DNA of 64,000 nt from IMG/VR virus record IMGVR_UViG_3300009550_000009. One strand, given 5' to 3'. Below the pieces are notes generated by a model. The model was given only the letters and a program-made list of their open reading frames with translations, was not told the DNA's origin and made no database searches. The position numbers were made by a program, and so were the translations under genes. Positions within the stretch are counted from its first letter, which is position 1; every line of letters starts with the position of its first letter. The DNA comes from a virus. Of the stretch, positions 8,707-17,736 are shown one piece after another.

Positions 8707-10837
8707 GCATAAGCATGTAGAGACAGCGCAGTTCAATGTCCAGACTCGCGTATTGATTCTGCCTCTTTGGGAGAAAGCAAGTAATTCTGTATATGATATG
8801 TTGGTAGCGCATGAAGTTGGGCATGCGTTATTTACACCTAATGAAGATTATAGAGACAAAGTAAAAATACCTTTTGATTTCATAAATGTTTGCGAAGATG
8901 CTCGTATAGAGAAGTTGATGAAGCGTAAGTATCAGGGTCTTCCAAAAACATTTTATTATGGATATAGTGATCTTCATGATGATGATTTCTTTAATGTAGT
9001 AGATGTTGATTTTGAAAAATTTAATCTTGCTGATAAAGCAAATCTTCATTTCAAGATTGGTAATTTTATTGATATAACATTTACATCAAAAGAGAAGGAG
9101 ATTATTGACGAGATTGCTAACACAGAAACTTTTGATGAAGTTCTTGTAGTATCAGAGAAGTTATATAATTACTGCAAGGAGAATATGGAGGAGCAGAAGA
9201 AGCAAGTTCAAGATCTTGATCTTCATATGACTCCACAAACAGGACAACCAGAATCTCCAGAGTCATCTGATAGTAATGATGATGGTGAGTTAGAAGAAGT
9301 TGATCAGCAAGTCACTCAATCAGAAACTAAACCACAAAATGATTTTGGTTCAGATGAAGGTGGTGATATGGTTACACCAGAGGATGAGCAATCTGATTCT
9401 CCTTATGATCCTGATTCTTCAGAACCACAAGTTGCAACTGCAGAAGAGTTGGAGAAGAGTTTAAAAGATTTAATTGCAAGTCATGATGGTAGAGAGAATA
9501 TCTATGTTGAATTACCTGATGTTAAACTTGACAAAATTATTGAATCTAATAGTGATGTTCATGATGTTATCGAAAAACATTTTGCATGGGAGTGGAGTAG
9601 AATTAAAGCAGATAGAGAGAAGAATGGATATTCATGTGTTGCAAATCCATTTGAAGAAATTGATTCTGAATTTAATAATTTTAAAAAGAATGCAAGAAAG
9701 GAAGTTAATTATCTTGTTAAAGAGTTTGAGTGTAAGAAAGCTGCATCTGCATATGCTCGTGCTGCAGTAGCTCGCACTGGTGTATTGAATACATCAAAAC
9801 TTCATACTTATAAGTTCAATGAAGATCTTTTCAAAAAAGTTACCATATTACCTGATGGTAAAAATCATGGATTAGTATTCATTCTTGATTGGTCAGGATC
9901 AATGCAATATATCTTACAGGATACTTTAAAGCAACTTTATAATTTAATTTGGTTCTGCAGAAAAGTAAATATTCCCTTTGATGTATATGCTTTTTCAAAT
10001 GAATTCAAACGTGATGAGGGTTGGGGTTATTCTCATAATTATGATACTGTTGCCTATGAGAAGAGAGAGAACATAATGGCAATTGATAGTTGTTTTTCTC
10101 TTATGCATTTTTTCTCAAGTGATATCAAAGGAAAAGATCTTGAACAACAAATGCTTAACATATGGAGAGTTGCATCTTTATTCAGAGTATGGGGTCATGT
10201 AACTTATCCACGTAGACTTGCATTATCAGGAACGCCATTGAACGAATCATTAATCACTCTACGTCAAATTCTTCCAGAGTTCCAAAAGAAACATAACCTT
10301 GAAAAAGTTCAGTGTATTGTTCTTACTGATGGTGAAGCTGGGCATCTCTCATATCATGTGGAGGTTAAACGTTCTTGGGAAGATGAACCATACATGGGAA
10401 CACGCGGTATCGTTCCCGAAGCGACATTTATACGTGACCGTAAACTTGGTTGTAATTATAAAATTGGTTATAGATATACAGATTTTACAGATACTATTCT
10501 TCAAAATCTTCAAGATCTATTTCCAACAGTAAACTTTATCGGTATTCGAGTTATCGTTCCTAGAGCTGCATTATCTTTTGCAAGACATTTTACAACTGAT
10601 GAAACAAAGTTAAATGTGATTGAGAAAGATTGGAAAAAAACAAAAAGTTTCAATATTGTTGACTCTGCTTATGATGCATATTTTGTAATGTCATCAGTAA
10701 ATCTTAATGACAATTCAGATTTTCAAGTAAAGGAAGATGCTACCAAGTCGCAGATTAAATCAGCATTCGTTAGATCACTCAAGACAAAAAAACTAAATAA
10801 AAAAGTATTGGGCGAATTTATTTCTTTAGTGGTATGA
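8639..10837 (+). CDS. Metallopeptidase-like (HExxH) plus von Willebrand A domain protein (CobT-like partner of the AAA+ ATPase)
   Basis: AHEVGHA, NVCEDARIE, acidic linker, MIDAS elements DWSGSM, GTPL, LTDGE. The probable start is ATG 8639 (MAVQYEIK), not 8612. Confidence 0.88.
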   Translation: MAVQYEIKSQLAKLLATEDLIVEHKHVETAQFNVQTRVLILPLWEKASNSVYDMLVAHEVGHALFTPNEDYRDKVKIPFDFINVCEDARIEKLMKRKYQGLPKTFYYGYSDLHDDDFFNVVDVDFEKFNLADKANLHFKIGNFIDITFTSKEKEIIDEIANTETFDEVLVVSEKLYNYCKENMEEQKKQVQDLDLHMTPQTGQPESPESSDSNDDGELEEVDQQVTQSETKPQNDFGSDEGGDMVTPEDEQSDSPYDPDSSEPQVATAEELEKSLKDLIASHDGRENIYVELPDVKLDKIIESNSDVHDVIEKHFAWEWSRIKADREKNGYSCVANPFEEIDSEFNNFKKNARKEVNYLVKEFECKKAASAYARAAVARTGVLNTSKLHTYKFNEDLFKKVTILPDGKNHGLVFILDWSGSMQYILQDTLKQLYNLIWFCRKVNIPFDVYAFSNEFKRDEGWGYSHNYDTVAYEKRENIMAIDSCFSLMHFFSSDIKGKDLEQQMLNIWRVASLFRVWGHVTYPRRLALSGTPLNESLITLRQILPEFQKKHNLEKVQCIVLTDGEAGHLSYHVEVKRSWEDEPYMGTRGIVPEATFIRDRKLGCNYKIGYRYTDFTDTILQNLQDLFPTVNFIGIRVIVPRAALSFARHFTTDETKLNVIEKDWKKTKSFNIVDSAYDAYFVMSSVNLNDNSDFQVKEDATKSQIKSAFVRSLKTKKLNKKVLGEFISLVV

Positions 10838-11319
10838 TCACATTCAAAGAATTCATGCAAGAGAGCAGTCTCTCTCGTATAAAAAGTAAATCAGATAAGA
10901 GTGGTATAGCAACTCTTTCGGGTGATCGTGGTGACAAATCAAGGAAAGAAAATCAAGCAAGATCAAAACAATTGCAAAAAGATATTCGTGGTAAGTTTGG
11001 TAGAGGGCCAACTAAATTAAAGGGATCATATTTAGAAAATCCCGGTTCAAAAGATGAGAGAAAAGTAAAAGAGAAAAGTTATGCAATAGATCGTGGTAAG
11101 ATGGGTAAAAGAAAATTCAAGAAAGAAGTTAAGAAGTTGGGTAAGAAGTATGGGCAGGATTCCGTATTAACACAAACTAAAAAAACTGCTACACTACATA
11201 GAACAAGAAAAGGTGGATTAGATAAAAAAGGAGAAAATGTCGGTAGGTTTAAACCACAAGGTAAAAACCCATACGGTCAATCACAAGTTAAAGGTAAAAC
11301 TTTCGCATATGGAGATTAA
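10834..11319 (+). CDS. Basic hypothetical protein with a T4-like capsid-targeting N-terminus
   Basis: Begins MITFKEFMQE; Lys-rich; KKYGQDSVL motif; CTAAATA late-type promoter just upstream (~10793). Confidence 0.7.
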   Translation: MITFKEFMQESSLSRIKSKSDKSGIATLSGDRGDKSRKENQARSKQLQKDIRGKFGRGPTKLKGSYLENPGSKDERKVKEKSYAIDRGKMGKRKFKKEVKKLGKKYGQDSVLTQTKKTATLHRTRKGGLDKKGENVGRFKPQGKNPYGQSQVKGKTFAYGD

Positions 11320-11556
11320 ATGACAAAACCTTATGATGACTCCAACTGGAGAGAAGAATACAAACAGTATACAAGTGATAAACATTATCTTGAATTACTG
11401 GAAAATGGGCCTAAAAGTTTATCTCAGTCGTGGATACTAGGTGCATTATATAATAAATGGAAAAAGATAAAGGGGTATCATAAGTATGATCCTAAAGAGA
11501 ATACAGGGCAGTGTCAATCCTCTTTTGCAGAGTGGGAATCAAAGATAAATAACTGA
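11320..11556 (+). CDS. Conserved cyanophage hypothetical protein
   Basis: WREEYK...LLENGPKSLSQSW motif; GGAG ribosome-binding site. Confidence 0.65.
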   Translation: MTKPYDDSNWREEYKQYTSDKHYLELLENGPKSLSQSWILGALYNKWKKIKGYHKYDPKENTGQCQSSFAEWESKINN

Positions 11557-11563
11557 CACTAAA

Positions 11564-11618
11564 GACAATAAATAAACTGTCCCTTTTAGTGGTATATGCG
11601 ATCATAGTTTGATATAGT
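11564..11618 (+). promoter_or_regulatory. Promoter with upstream inverted repeat (same motif as at 8558)
   Basis: GACAATAAATAAACTGTC at 11564-11581; TGaTATAGT extended -10 ending at 11618. Confidence 0.55.
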
Positions 11619-11644
11619 AAAGGTATACAAACACAAATCGCATC

Positions 11645-12775
11645 ATGACAAAAAAATTATTCAAACCCTTTGAAGTCAAAATGACTCGTGAAGAAATTAT
11701 TGAGGGTCTTAGATCCAACTATGGCACAGAATTTACTGCTGCTGATGTAAAAGGTTTTTGTGCGATGAATGATATTGCATATTCGACTATTACCAAAAAG
11801 ATTGATGAGTTTAAAGTTGGTCGTGGAAAGTGGAATTTTGAAGTTACTAAAAAATCAGTAGAAAAGATAGAGCGTTCATTTAGTGCTCCAAGCGTTACAC
11901 CTTTTGTGGAAGAAAATCTAGTTCCTACAATAAATGACACATTCGTAAAGTTTGGTAGTTTTACTGATCTTAGAAGTATTATTAAGTCAAAATTATTCTA
12001 TCCTACATTTATCACAGGTTTGTCTGGTAACGGAAAAACTTTTAGTGTTGAGCAAGCATGTGCACAACTCAACAGAGAACTTGTTCGTGTAAACATTACA
12101 ATCGAAACAGATGAAGATGATCTTATTGGCGGTTTCCGTCTTGTTAATGGTGAAACCGTATGGCACAATGGCCCAGTCATCGAAGCACTTGAGCGAGGTG
12201 CAATCTTGCTCCTTGACGAAATCGACCTTGCATCCAACAAGATCCTCTGCCTTCAGAGCATCCTTGAAGGAACTGGAGTCTTTCTTAAAAAGATTGGGAG
12301 ATTTGTCAGACCATCCGCAGGATTCAACGTCATTGCCACCGCAAATACTAAAGGTAAGGGTTCAGACGACGGAAGATTTATTGGAACTAACGTGCTCAAT
12401 GAGGCCTTCCTTGAAAGATTCCCAGTAACGTTCGAGCAAGAATATCCTGCACCAAAGACAGAGCAAAAGATTCTTGCTAATGCATCTGCAGAAATTGGTA
12501 TCAAAGATGCTGATTTTTGTAAGAGACTTGTTGATTGGGCAGACATCATTCGTAAGACATTCTACGATGGTGGTGTAGAGGAGATCATTTCTACTCGTCG
12601 TTTAGTTCATATCATTCGTGCATATGGAATCTTCAAGAACAAAGCAAAAGCAATCGAAGTATGTGTCAATCGTTTTGATGATGAGACTAAGCAATCATTC
12701 ATGGAGTTATATGACAAAGTGGATGCAGATGTAGATTTTAATCAAGAGAACAATGGATCTGTGGAACAAGTATAA
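11645..12775 (+). CDS. cobS: CobS-like/MoxR-type AAA+ ATPase
   Basis: GLSGNGKT Walker A, LLLDEID Walker B, ATANTKG, NEAFLERF, ISTRRL. Confidence 0.92.
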   Translation: MTKKLFKPFEVKMTREEIIEGLRSNYGTEFTAADVKGFCAMNDIAYSTITKKIDEFKVGRGKWNFEVTKKSVEKIERSFSAPSVTPFVEENLVPTINDTFVKFGSFTDLRSIIKSKLFYPTFITGLSGNGKTFSVEQACAQLNRELVRVNITIETDEDDLIGGFRLVNGETVWHNGPVIEALERGAILLLDEIDLASNKILCLQSILEGTGVFLKKIGRFVRPSAGFNVIATANTKGKGSDDGRFIGTNVLNEAFLERFPVTFEQEYPAPKTEQKILANASAEIGIKDADFCKRLVDWADIIRKTFYDGGVEEIISTRRLVHIIRAYGIFKNKAKAIEVCVNRFDDETKQSFMELYDKVDADVDFNQENNGSVEQV

Positions 12776-13370
12776 GTCTGTTCTCCATGAAACAATCTCA
12801 TTAGATTATGATGAGACATGGGGAGCATGGGAATCAAAAGGTATGAGTCTTTTTGCGAAGACTTATACCAATCCTTTTTTAATTAAATCAAGAGAGGTAG
12901 ATATTTGGAGTGATAAATGTTCCATTTATAACAACATCCTTTACCCAAAAACAGGTAGTAATCTTCCATGTTTTGGTATGGATTTGATGGGATTCAATGA
13001 AAAGAAAGTTATCATAGTATTTGACTTTCAACATCCAGTTGAAAACTATCGTTACTCTGTTGATGGATTACCAAAAGGAAAAAATGATTATAGATTTTTT
13101 GAAGTTGGAAATCATTTTTCAGATAACATTTATGTTGCCAAATGTGAAATGAATCAAGTAAATGAACATCTTGAAATGTTTGAAAATTACTTGACTAAAT
13201 TTAAAAACATGTTAGAATTAGAAAAACCAGCTGGTGATGATACTAGCTTGTATAAAGACTTCGATGCATATATGACTAAACTTGATCCAGTATCAGGTTT
13301 CCTGACTGGTAAATTTGGTAAAGATGCATCAGAGAGTCTCGTAAACGATTTTCTTTTTGCATATGGTTAA
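12753..13370 (+). CDS. pebS: Phycoerythrobilin synthase (ferredoxin-dependent bilin reductase)
   Basis: YN.ILYPKTG..LPCFGMDLM.F..KKVIIVFDFQHP, YRFFE.GNHFS and DFD.YMT.LDPV closely match cyanophage PebS as I recall it; both catalytic Asp present. Confidence 0.9.
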   Translation: MDLWNKYKSVLHETISLDYDETWGAWESKGMSLFAKTYTNPFLIKSREVDIWSDKCSIYNNILYPKTGSNLPCFGMDLMGFNEKKVIIVFDFQHPVENYRYSVDGLPKGKNDYRFFEVGNHFSDNIYVAKCEMNQVNEHLEMFENYLTKFKNMLELEKPAGDDTSLYKDFDAYMTKLDPVSGFLTGKFGKDASESLVNDFLFAYG

Positions 13371-13890
13371 TGCGTGGAGTTTAGCATGGGAGGTATTAAA
13401 CGGATCTATGGATGAAACTTATCCAGTTAAAAATAATACCCCAGAAGATGATGGTCTTGATTATGAAGTTAATTATTATGGTGACTACATGGCAGATGTA
13501 GATGACCAGAGAGCACATCATTTTTCAACACAATCAGTAGAGGAACAAATGGATTACGAACCACAAAGAAATAATCAATACAAGTATCATGAGGAAGAAA
13601 TTCTAAAAGATATTGAAGATTATGTTTCAATGACGTATAATGGGCATTATACAGGGACAAAACATGAGTTCCGTAAAGTTCAAACAATTGACCTGATGGC
13701 AGCAAGGGATATTGCATCAGGATTTTGTCAAGCTAACATATTGAAATATGGTAGTAGATATGGAAGTAAAAATGGGAGAAATAAAACAGACTTGCTAAAA
13801 GTCATTCATTATGCTATGCTACTATTACACTTTGATGGACATTATGGCGAACCATCAATGCCTACTGATGAATTTGAACAAATGCCATAA
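13363..13890 (+). CDS. Conserved T4-like phage protein (DUF3310-related)
   Basis: TY.GHY, F..ANILKY.SRYG.K.G...DLLK..HYA motif. Confidence 0.7.
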   Translation: MVNAWSLAWEVLNGSMDETYPVKNNTPEDDGLDYEVNYYGDYMADVDDQRAHHFSTQSVEEQMDYEPQRNNQYKYHEEEILKDIEDYVSMTYNGHYTGTKHEFRKVQTIDLMAARDIASGFCQANILKYGSRYGSKNGRNKTDLLKVIHYAMLLLHFDGHYGEPSMPTDEFEQMP

Positions 13891-14576
13891 TGAAACTTAG
13901 ACCTCTTACTATGAAAATCTCTGATAAAACTTTAACTCTTTTAAAAAACTTTTCTAACATCAATCAATCAATCCTTTTTAAACAGGGTAGATCTTTAAAA
14001 ACTATATCTGTCATGAAAAACATATTGGCAGAAGCAGAGATTGGTGAAGACTTACCAAAAGATTTTGGTATCTATGATCTTAATCAGTTTCTTAATGGTC
14101 TTACATTGCATCGAACACCAGAACTTGATTTTGCAAATGAGGGATTCTTGGTAATTAAAGAAGGTCGTATGAGATCAAAATATTTCTTTGCAGATCCAAA
14201 AGTTATTGTTACACCTCCCGACAAAGAAATTACTTTACCAAGTGAAGATGTAGCATTTACAGTGAGCACAGAACAGTTGGATAAGTTACTTAAGGCTGCA
14301 GCGATATATCAATTACCTGATCTATCTGCTGTTGGTGAAAATGGTGTTGTTAAACTTCTTGTTCGTGATAAGAAGAATGATACATCTAATGATTTCTCAA
14401 TTGTTGTAGGTGAAACTGATTCAACATTTTCTCTTAACTTTAAGGTTGAAAATATTAAGATTCTTCCCGGAACTTATGATGTTGTTATGTCAAAGAAACT
14501 TCTATCAAGATTTATAAGTAAAGATTATAATTTAAAGTATTACATTGCATTAGAACCAGACTCAACATTTGAATAA
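13890..14576 (+). CDS. gp45: Sliding clamp gp45
   Basis: LKNFSNINQSI, FGIYDLNQFL, YYIALE motifs. Confidence 0.95.
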   Translation: MKLRPLTMKISDKTLTLLKNFSNINQSILFKQGRSLKTISVMKNILAEAEIGEDLPKDFGIYDLNQFLNGLTLHRTPELDFANEGFLVIKEGRMRSKYFFADPKVIVTPPDKEITLPSEDVAFTVSTEQLDKLLKAAAIYQLPDLSAVGENGVVKLLVRDKKNDTSNDFSIVVGETDSTFSLNFKVENIKILPGTYDVVMSKKLLSRFISKDYNLKYYIALEPDSTFE

Positions 14577-14833
14577 TGAAACTAACTCAAGAGATGATTG
14601 ATGAGATTCAAAAACTCATGAATCACACAAAAAAAGATGGAAGTATGAACTGGGTTGATGGTGACGATATTGAAATAAATTTAGCAGGAACATTTGCTGC
14701 TGATAGATTCATTGTCATAAAGAATGCATCCAAGAAACCTTGGAAAAAGGCAGAACCTCATCCTTACTTTGACTATGAGAAAAAAACCTTTATAAAAAGT
14801 AAAGGTATTCCCGCACCAGAAGATATAGGGTGA
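14576..14833 (+). CDS. Hypothetical protein
   Basis: Intact ORF translationally coupled to gp45. Confidence 0.6.
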   Translation: MKLTQEMIDEIQKLMNHTKKDGSMNWVDGDDIEINLAGTFAADRFIVIKNASKKPWKKAEPHPYFDYEKKTFIKSKGIPAPEDIG

Positions 14834-14857
14834 GATTTAAAAAAAGCACTGGTCAAA

Positions 14858-15070
14858 ATGAAAAAACGTGCTAACATATGGAATATATGGAAGTATGCCC
14901 TTGGTTCCTTCCAAGATGAGACGACTAAAAAGTATGATAATACGATTTGTATTATACGCACTTTTATTTTCTTACAATTAGTTGTCACCAATTGTTTTAT
15001 CGTTGCCGGTAACATTCGACACTGGAACGATCATTATACACCACCACATTATGAACGTATTCGTGACTGA
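14858..15070 (+). CDS. Small membrane hypothetical protein
   Basis: W.IWKYALGSF.D..T..YD....IRT...TNCFIVAGNIRHW, a pattern common in marine phages. Confidence 0.65.
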   Translation: MKKRANIWNIWKYALGSFQDETTKKYDNTICIIRTFIFLQLVVTNCFIVAGNIRHWNDHYTPPHYERIRD

Positions 15071-15587
15071 TCCCTGCCCTTACAAATCGGCAGAAGTATT
15101 ACCAGACAAACACATAGTTAAGATGCCACTTGAGACTTGCCAGATGTTGGCAGTAGTCTATTCCAAGTGGTATTTTAATTGGGGAGATGAATTATTATCC
15201 AAGAAGGATGGAACACCCTACAACACCAAGAAAGGGGCATTCAGGGGGCATCCGTGCACCGTATGGGCAGCAAAAGACATTAAGAACACTGCATGGTTAA
15301 TTGCACATGGAACTGCCTTATGTTATGAATATTACAAGAGATATGAAAAAATACATTCATGCTCTAAAACAATGAATGAAGCGAGACATGTTTTTCTTAA
15401 ATACTCTGGAGAGAAAGATTTTTCTATCTGCAGAAAAGTAAATACATTTGCCTTTGCAGGGCCTGATGAATTTAAATATGATAAAAGTATTGATATATTT
15501 ACTGCATACAAAAGATATATTTCAAGTAAACCTTGGGCAGCATCTAATTACTTACGTAATCCATCTCGAAAACCTGATTGGTTATGA
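15051..15587 (+). CDS. Pyrimidine-dimer DNA glycosylase/DenV-like family protein
   Basis: MN.F.TD.CP..SA..L.DKH.VKM.LE.CQML and HPCT.W motifs; start at ATG 15051. Confidence 0.7.
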   Translation: MNVFVTDPCPYKSAEVLPDKHIVKMPLETCQMLAVVYSKWYFNWGDELLSKKDGTPYNTKKGAFRGHPCTVWAAKDIKNTAWLIAHGTALCYEYYKRYEKIHSCSKTMNEARHVFLKYSGEKDFSICRKVNTFAFAGPDEFKYDKSIDIFTAYKRYISSKPWAASNYLRNPSRKPDWL

Positions 15588-15703
15588 GTGATCACAAACC
15601 CAACAATGATGACAAAATACCTAGATGGTTTTATAATACAGTTATTAGTATGGGTATTATGGTCTTTATTGCTTTTGGTTTAATTTTATTTGGTATGATA
15701 TGA
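15584..15703 (+). CDS. Small membrane protein (39 aa, missing from the ORF track)
   Basis: MSDHKPNNDDKIPRWFYNTVISMGIMVFIAFGLILFGMI; ATGA overlaps at both ends. Confidence 0.55.
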   Translation: MSDHKPNNDDKIPRWFYNTVISMGIMVFIAFGLILFGMI

Positions 15704-16041
15704 AACACGTTCTATTTGATTTAAAACAATGTCTGATCACTCCTCCTTTAGATGATGAGGAGTATGTGAAAGAGACTCTAGTAGAGGCAGCAAAGATTGC
15801 AAACCTAGAATTACTAAAGGTTGATACACATAAATTTGAACCACATGGCGTGACTGGTTATGCATTACTTGCAGAGAGTCACATAAGCATACACACATGG
15901 CCTGAAGATGATGTTGCTAGATGTGACTTATTTTCGTGCAATCCAAAGACAGATTACAAATCTGTGATACAATATATGCAAACCCGTTTTCACTCTATGG
16001 AAGTTAAAAGATGGGGATGTGATAGATCTAATTGGTTATGA
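15700..16041 (+). CDS. speD: S-adenosylmethionine decarboxylase proenzyme family
   Basis: F.P.GVT...LLAESHISIHTWPE with the ESH autocleavage site; D.FSC. Confidence 0.92.
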   Translation: MKHVLFDLKQCLITPPLDDEEYVKETLVEAAKIANLELLKVDTHKFEPHGVTGYALLAESHISIHTWPEDDVARCDLFSCNPKTDYKSVIQYMQTRFHSMEVKRWGCDRSNWL

Positions 16042-16499
16042 AGGAATTTGATTATGAACTCGATTACAAGAGACTTAGTTTTACAGACGAGGAAACTCGT
16101 AAATTTTATCGTATTGGAAGGGGAGAGCAAGGAGTTTTACTGGTTCGCCCTTATACTAACGATATATGTGCTCATTGGAGATTCAAAACTCCTGATGAAG
16201 CAGTAAAATCTTCTAACAAAATTTTTGCAATGTATCTTGATTATCGTGATGAAAAAGATTTCATCGGTATGGATATGTGTCGTAAGTTTTTGGAGATGGG
16301 ATTTACTCGTGCAAGACGATATGCAAATCACAACTCTGGACGTAAGTATGATGATGAGGGAAATGTAAAACCACAAGAACCTGATCATGCTACGAGTAAA
16401 TATGCACAATCTGCAACAATTTTTAAGAAAGTGCGAGATTTAGTGGCTAACAACGATACATATAAACATATGAGAAAAACATGGAGGTCTAAAGAATGA
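16038..16499 (+). CDS. DUF4385-like protein
   Basis: YRIGRGEQGVL.V.PY, DF.GMDM.RKFL.MG.TRARRYANH. Confidence 0.8.
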   Translation: MKEFDYELDYKRLSFTDEETRKFYRIGRGEQGVLLVRPYTNDICAHWRFKTPDEAVKSSNKIFAMYLDYRDEKDFIGMDMCRKFLEMGFTRARRYANHNSGRKYDDEGNVKPQEPDHATSKYAQSATIFKKVRDLVANNDTYKHMRKTWRSKE

Positions 16500-16660
16500 T
16501 TTTTTTATCTAAACCATCAGCGTATTTTTTACCGAATACTTGGGAAGCACCAAACGTGACTTACGATTTATTCCCCGCAGAAGTGCAAATGTTAGCATTA
16601 TGTGTTATGATAGCAGCAGTCGCATTACTATCAACTAGAAGGAAGAGAAAGTTAAACTAA
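16496..16660 (+). CDS. Small membrane protein (54 aa, missing from the ORF track)
   Basis: MIFLSKPSAYFLPNTWE...MLALCVMIAAVALLSTRRKRKLN; GGAGG RBS and ATGA overlap. Confidence 0.5.
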   Translation: MIFLSKPSAYFLPNTWEAPNVTYDLFPAEVQMLALCVMIAAVALLSTRRKRKLN

Positions 16661-16675
16661 ACTTACTATTTTATT

Positions 16676-17617
16676 ATGAGTGATTTTATATGGGTTGAAA
16701 AATATAGACCCAAAACCATTGACGATTGTATTCTTCCAAAAAGTATTAAGAAAACATTTCAAGACTTTTTGGAAAAAGGTGAAATACCAAATATGTTGTT
16801 ATCAGGGCCACCCGGCATTGGTAAAACTACAGTTGCAAAAGCATTATGTCAACAACTTAATGCTGATTACTACGTTGTTAATGGATCAGATGAAGGTAGA
16901 TTTCTTGATACTGTAAGAAATAAAGCAGCGAACTTTGCATCAACAGTTTCTTTAGTTGGTGGTGCAAATCATAAAGTAATTATCATCGATGAGGCAGATA
17001 ATACTACTCACGATGTTCAACTTTTACTGAGAGCAAATATAGAAACATTCTATAATAACTGTCGATTTATATTTACTTGTAATTATAAGAATAAGATCAT
17101 TGAACCTTTGCATTCAAGATGCACTGTTATTGACTTTGCGATCAATAAGAAAGACAAACCTGCAATCGCAGCATCTTTCTTTCAAAGAATAAATGATATC
17201 TTAGATAAAGAGAGAGTAAAGTCTGATAAGAAAGTTTTAGCAGAACTAATTAACAAACACTTTCCTGATTGGAGGAGAGTATTAAACGAGTGTCAAAGAT
17301 ACTCTGTAAGCGGAGAAATAGACTCCGGTATATTAGCAACCTTTTCTGACGTATCAATCAATGATCTCATTAAAAACCTCAAAGAAAAAAACTTTCCGTC
17401 GGTTCGTAAATGGTGTGTCGATAACTTGGATAATGATACTACTTTACTTTATCGTCGCATTTACGATAGTCTCTACGAATCCTTGGTCTCTAATTCTATT
17501 CCTGCTGCCGTTCTTATTCTGGCTAAATATCAATACCAAGTCGCATTCGTAGCAGATCAAGAAATAAACATGTTGGCATGTTTAACTGAGATTATGGTAG
17601 AGTGTAAATTTAAATGA
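16676..17617 (+). CDS. gp44: Clamp loader large subunit gp44
   Basis: WVEKYRP, GPPGIGKTT, IIDEAD, SRC motifs. Confidence 0.96.
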   Translation: MSDFIWVEKYRPKTIDDCILPKSIKKTFQDFLEKGEIPNMLLSGPPGIGKTTVAKALCQQLNADYYVVNGSDEGRFLDTVRNKAANFASTVSLVGGANHKVIIIDEADNTTHDVQLLLRANIETFYNNCRFIFTCNYKNKIIEPLHSRCTVIDFAINKKDKPAIAASFFQRINDILDKERVKSDKKVLAELINKHFPDWRRVLNECQRYSVSGEIDSGILATFSDVSINDLIKNLKEKNFPSVRKWCVDNLDNDTTLLYRRIYDSLYESLVSNSIPAAVLILAKYQYQVAFVADQEINMLACLTEIMVECKFK

Positions 17618-17736
17618 AGAAAGAAAGAGAACCATTCAGACTTAACTGTTTCGGTTTTCTCGGAATCTTGTTACTATTAAGTGGTATTGGTTCTGGTATT
17701 GTTGTCTACTACACTATTATGGAAAACTTAAAATGA
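17614..17736 (+). CDS. Small membrane protein (40 aa, missing from the ORF track)
   Basis: MKKEREPFRLNCFGFLGILLLLSGIGSGIVVYYTIMENLK; ATGA overlaps at both ends. Confidence 0.5.
   Translation: MKKEREPFRLNCFGFLGILLLLSGIGSGIVVYYTIMENLK

Noticed and set aside
11645-12775. Cobalamin biosynthesis role for cobS
   Set aside because: No cobN or other cob genes are present, and the context fits an AAA+/vWA pair.
14982-15050. N-terminal extension of the DenV-like ORF (similar extensions at 8612, 39742, 44628, 45298, 58216 and 63646)
   Set aside because: These are longest-ORF artefacts; family-typical starts lie downstream and the extensions overlap upstream genes or terminators.
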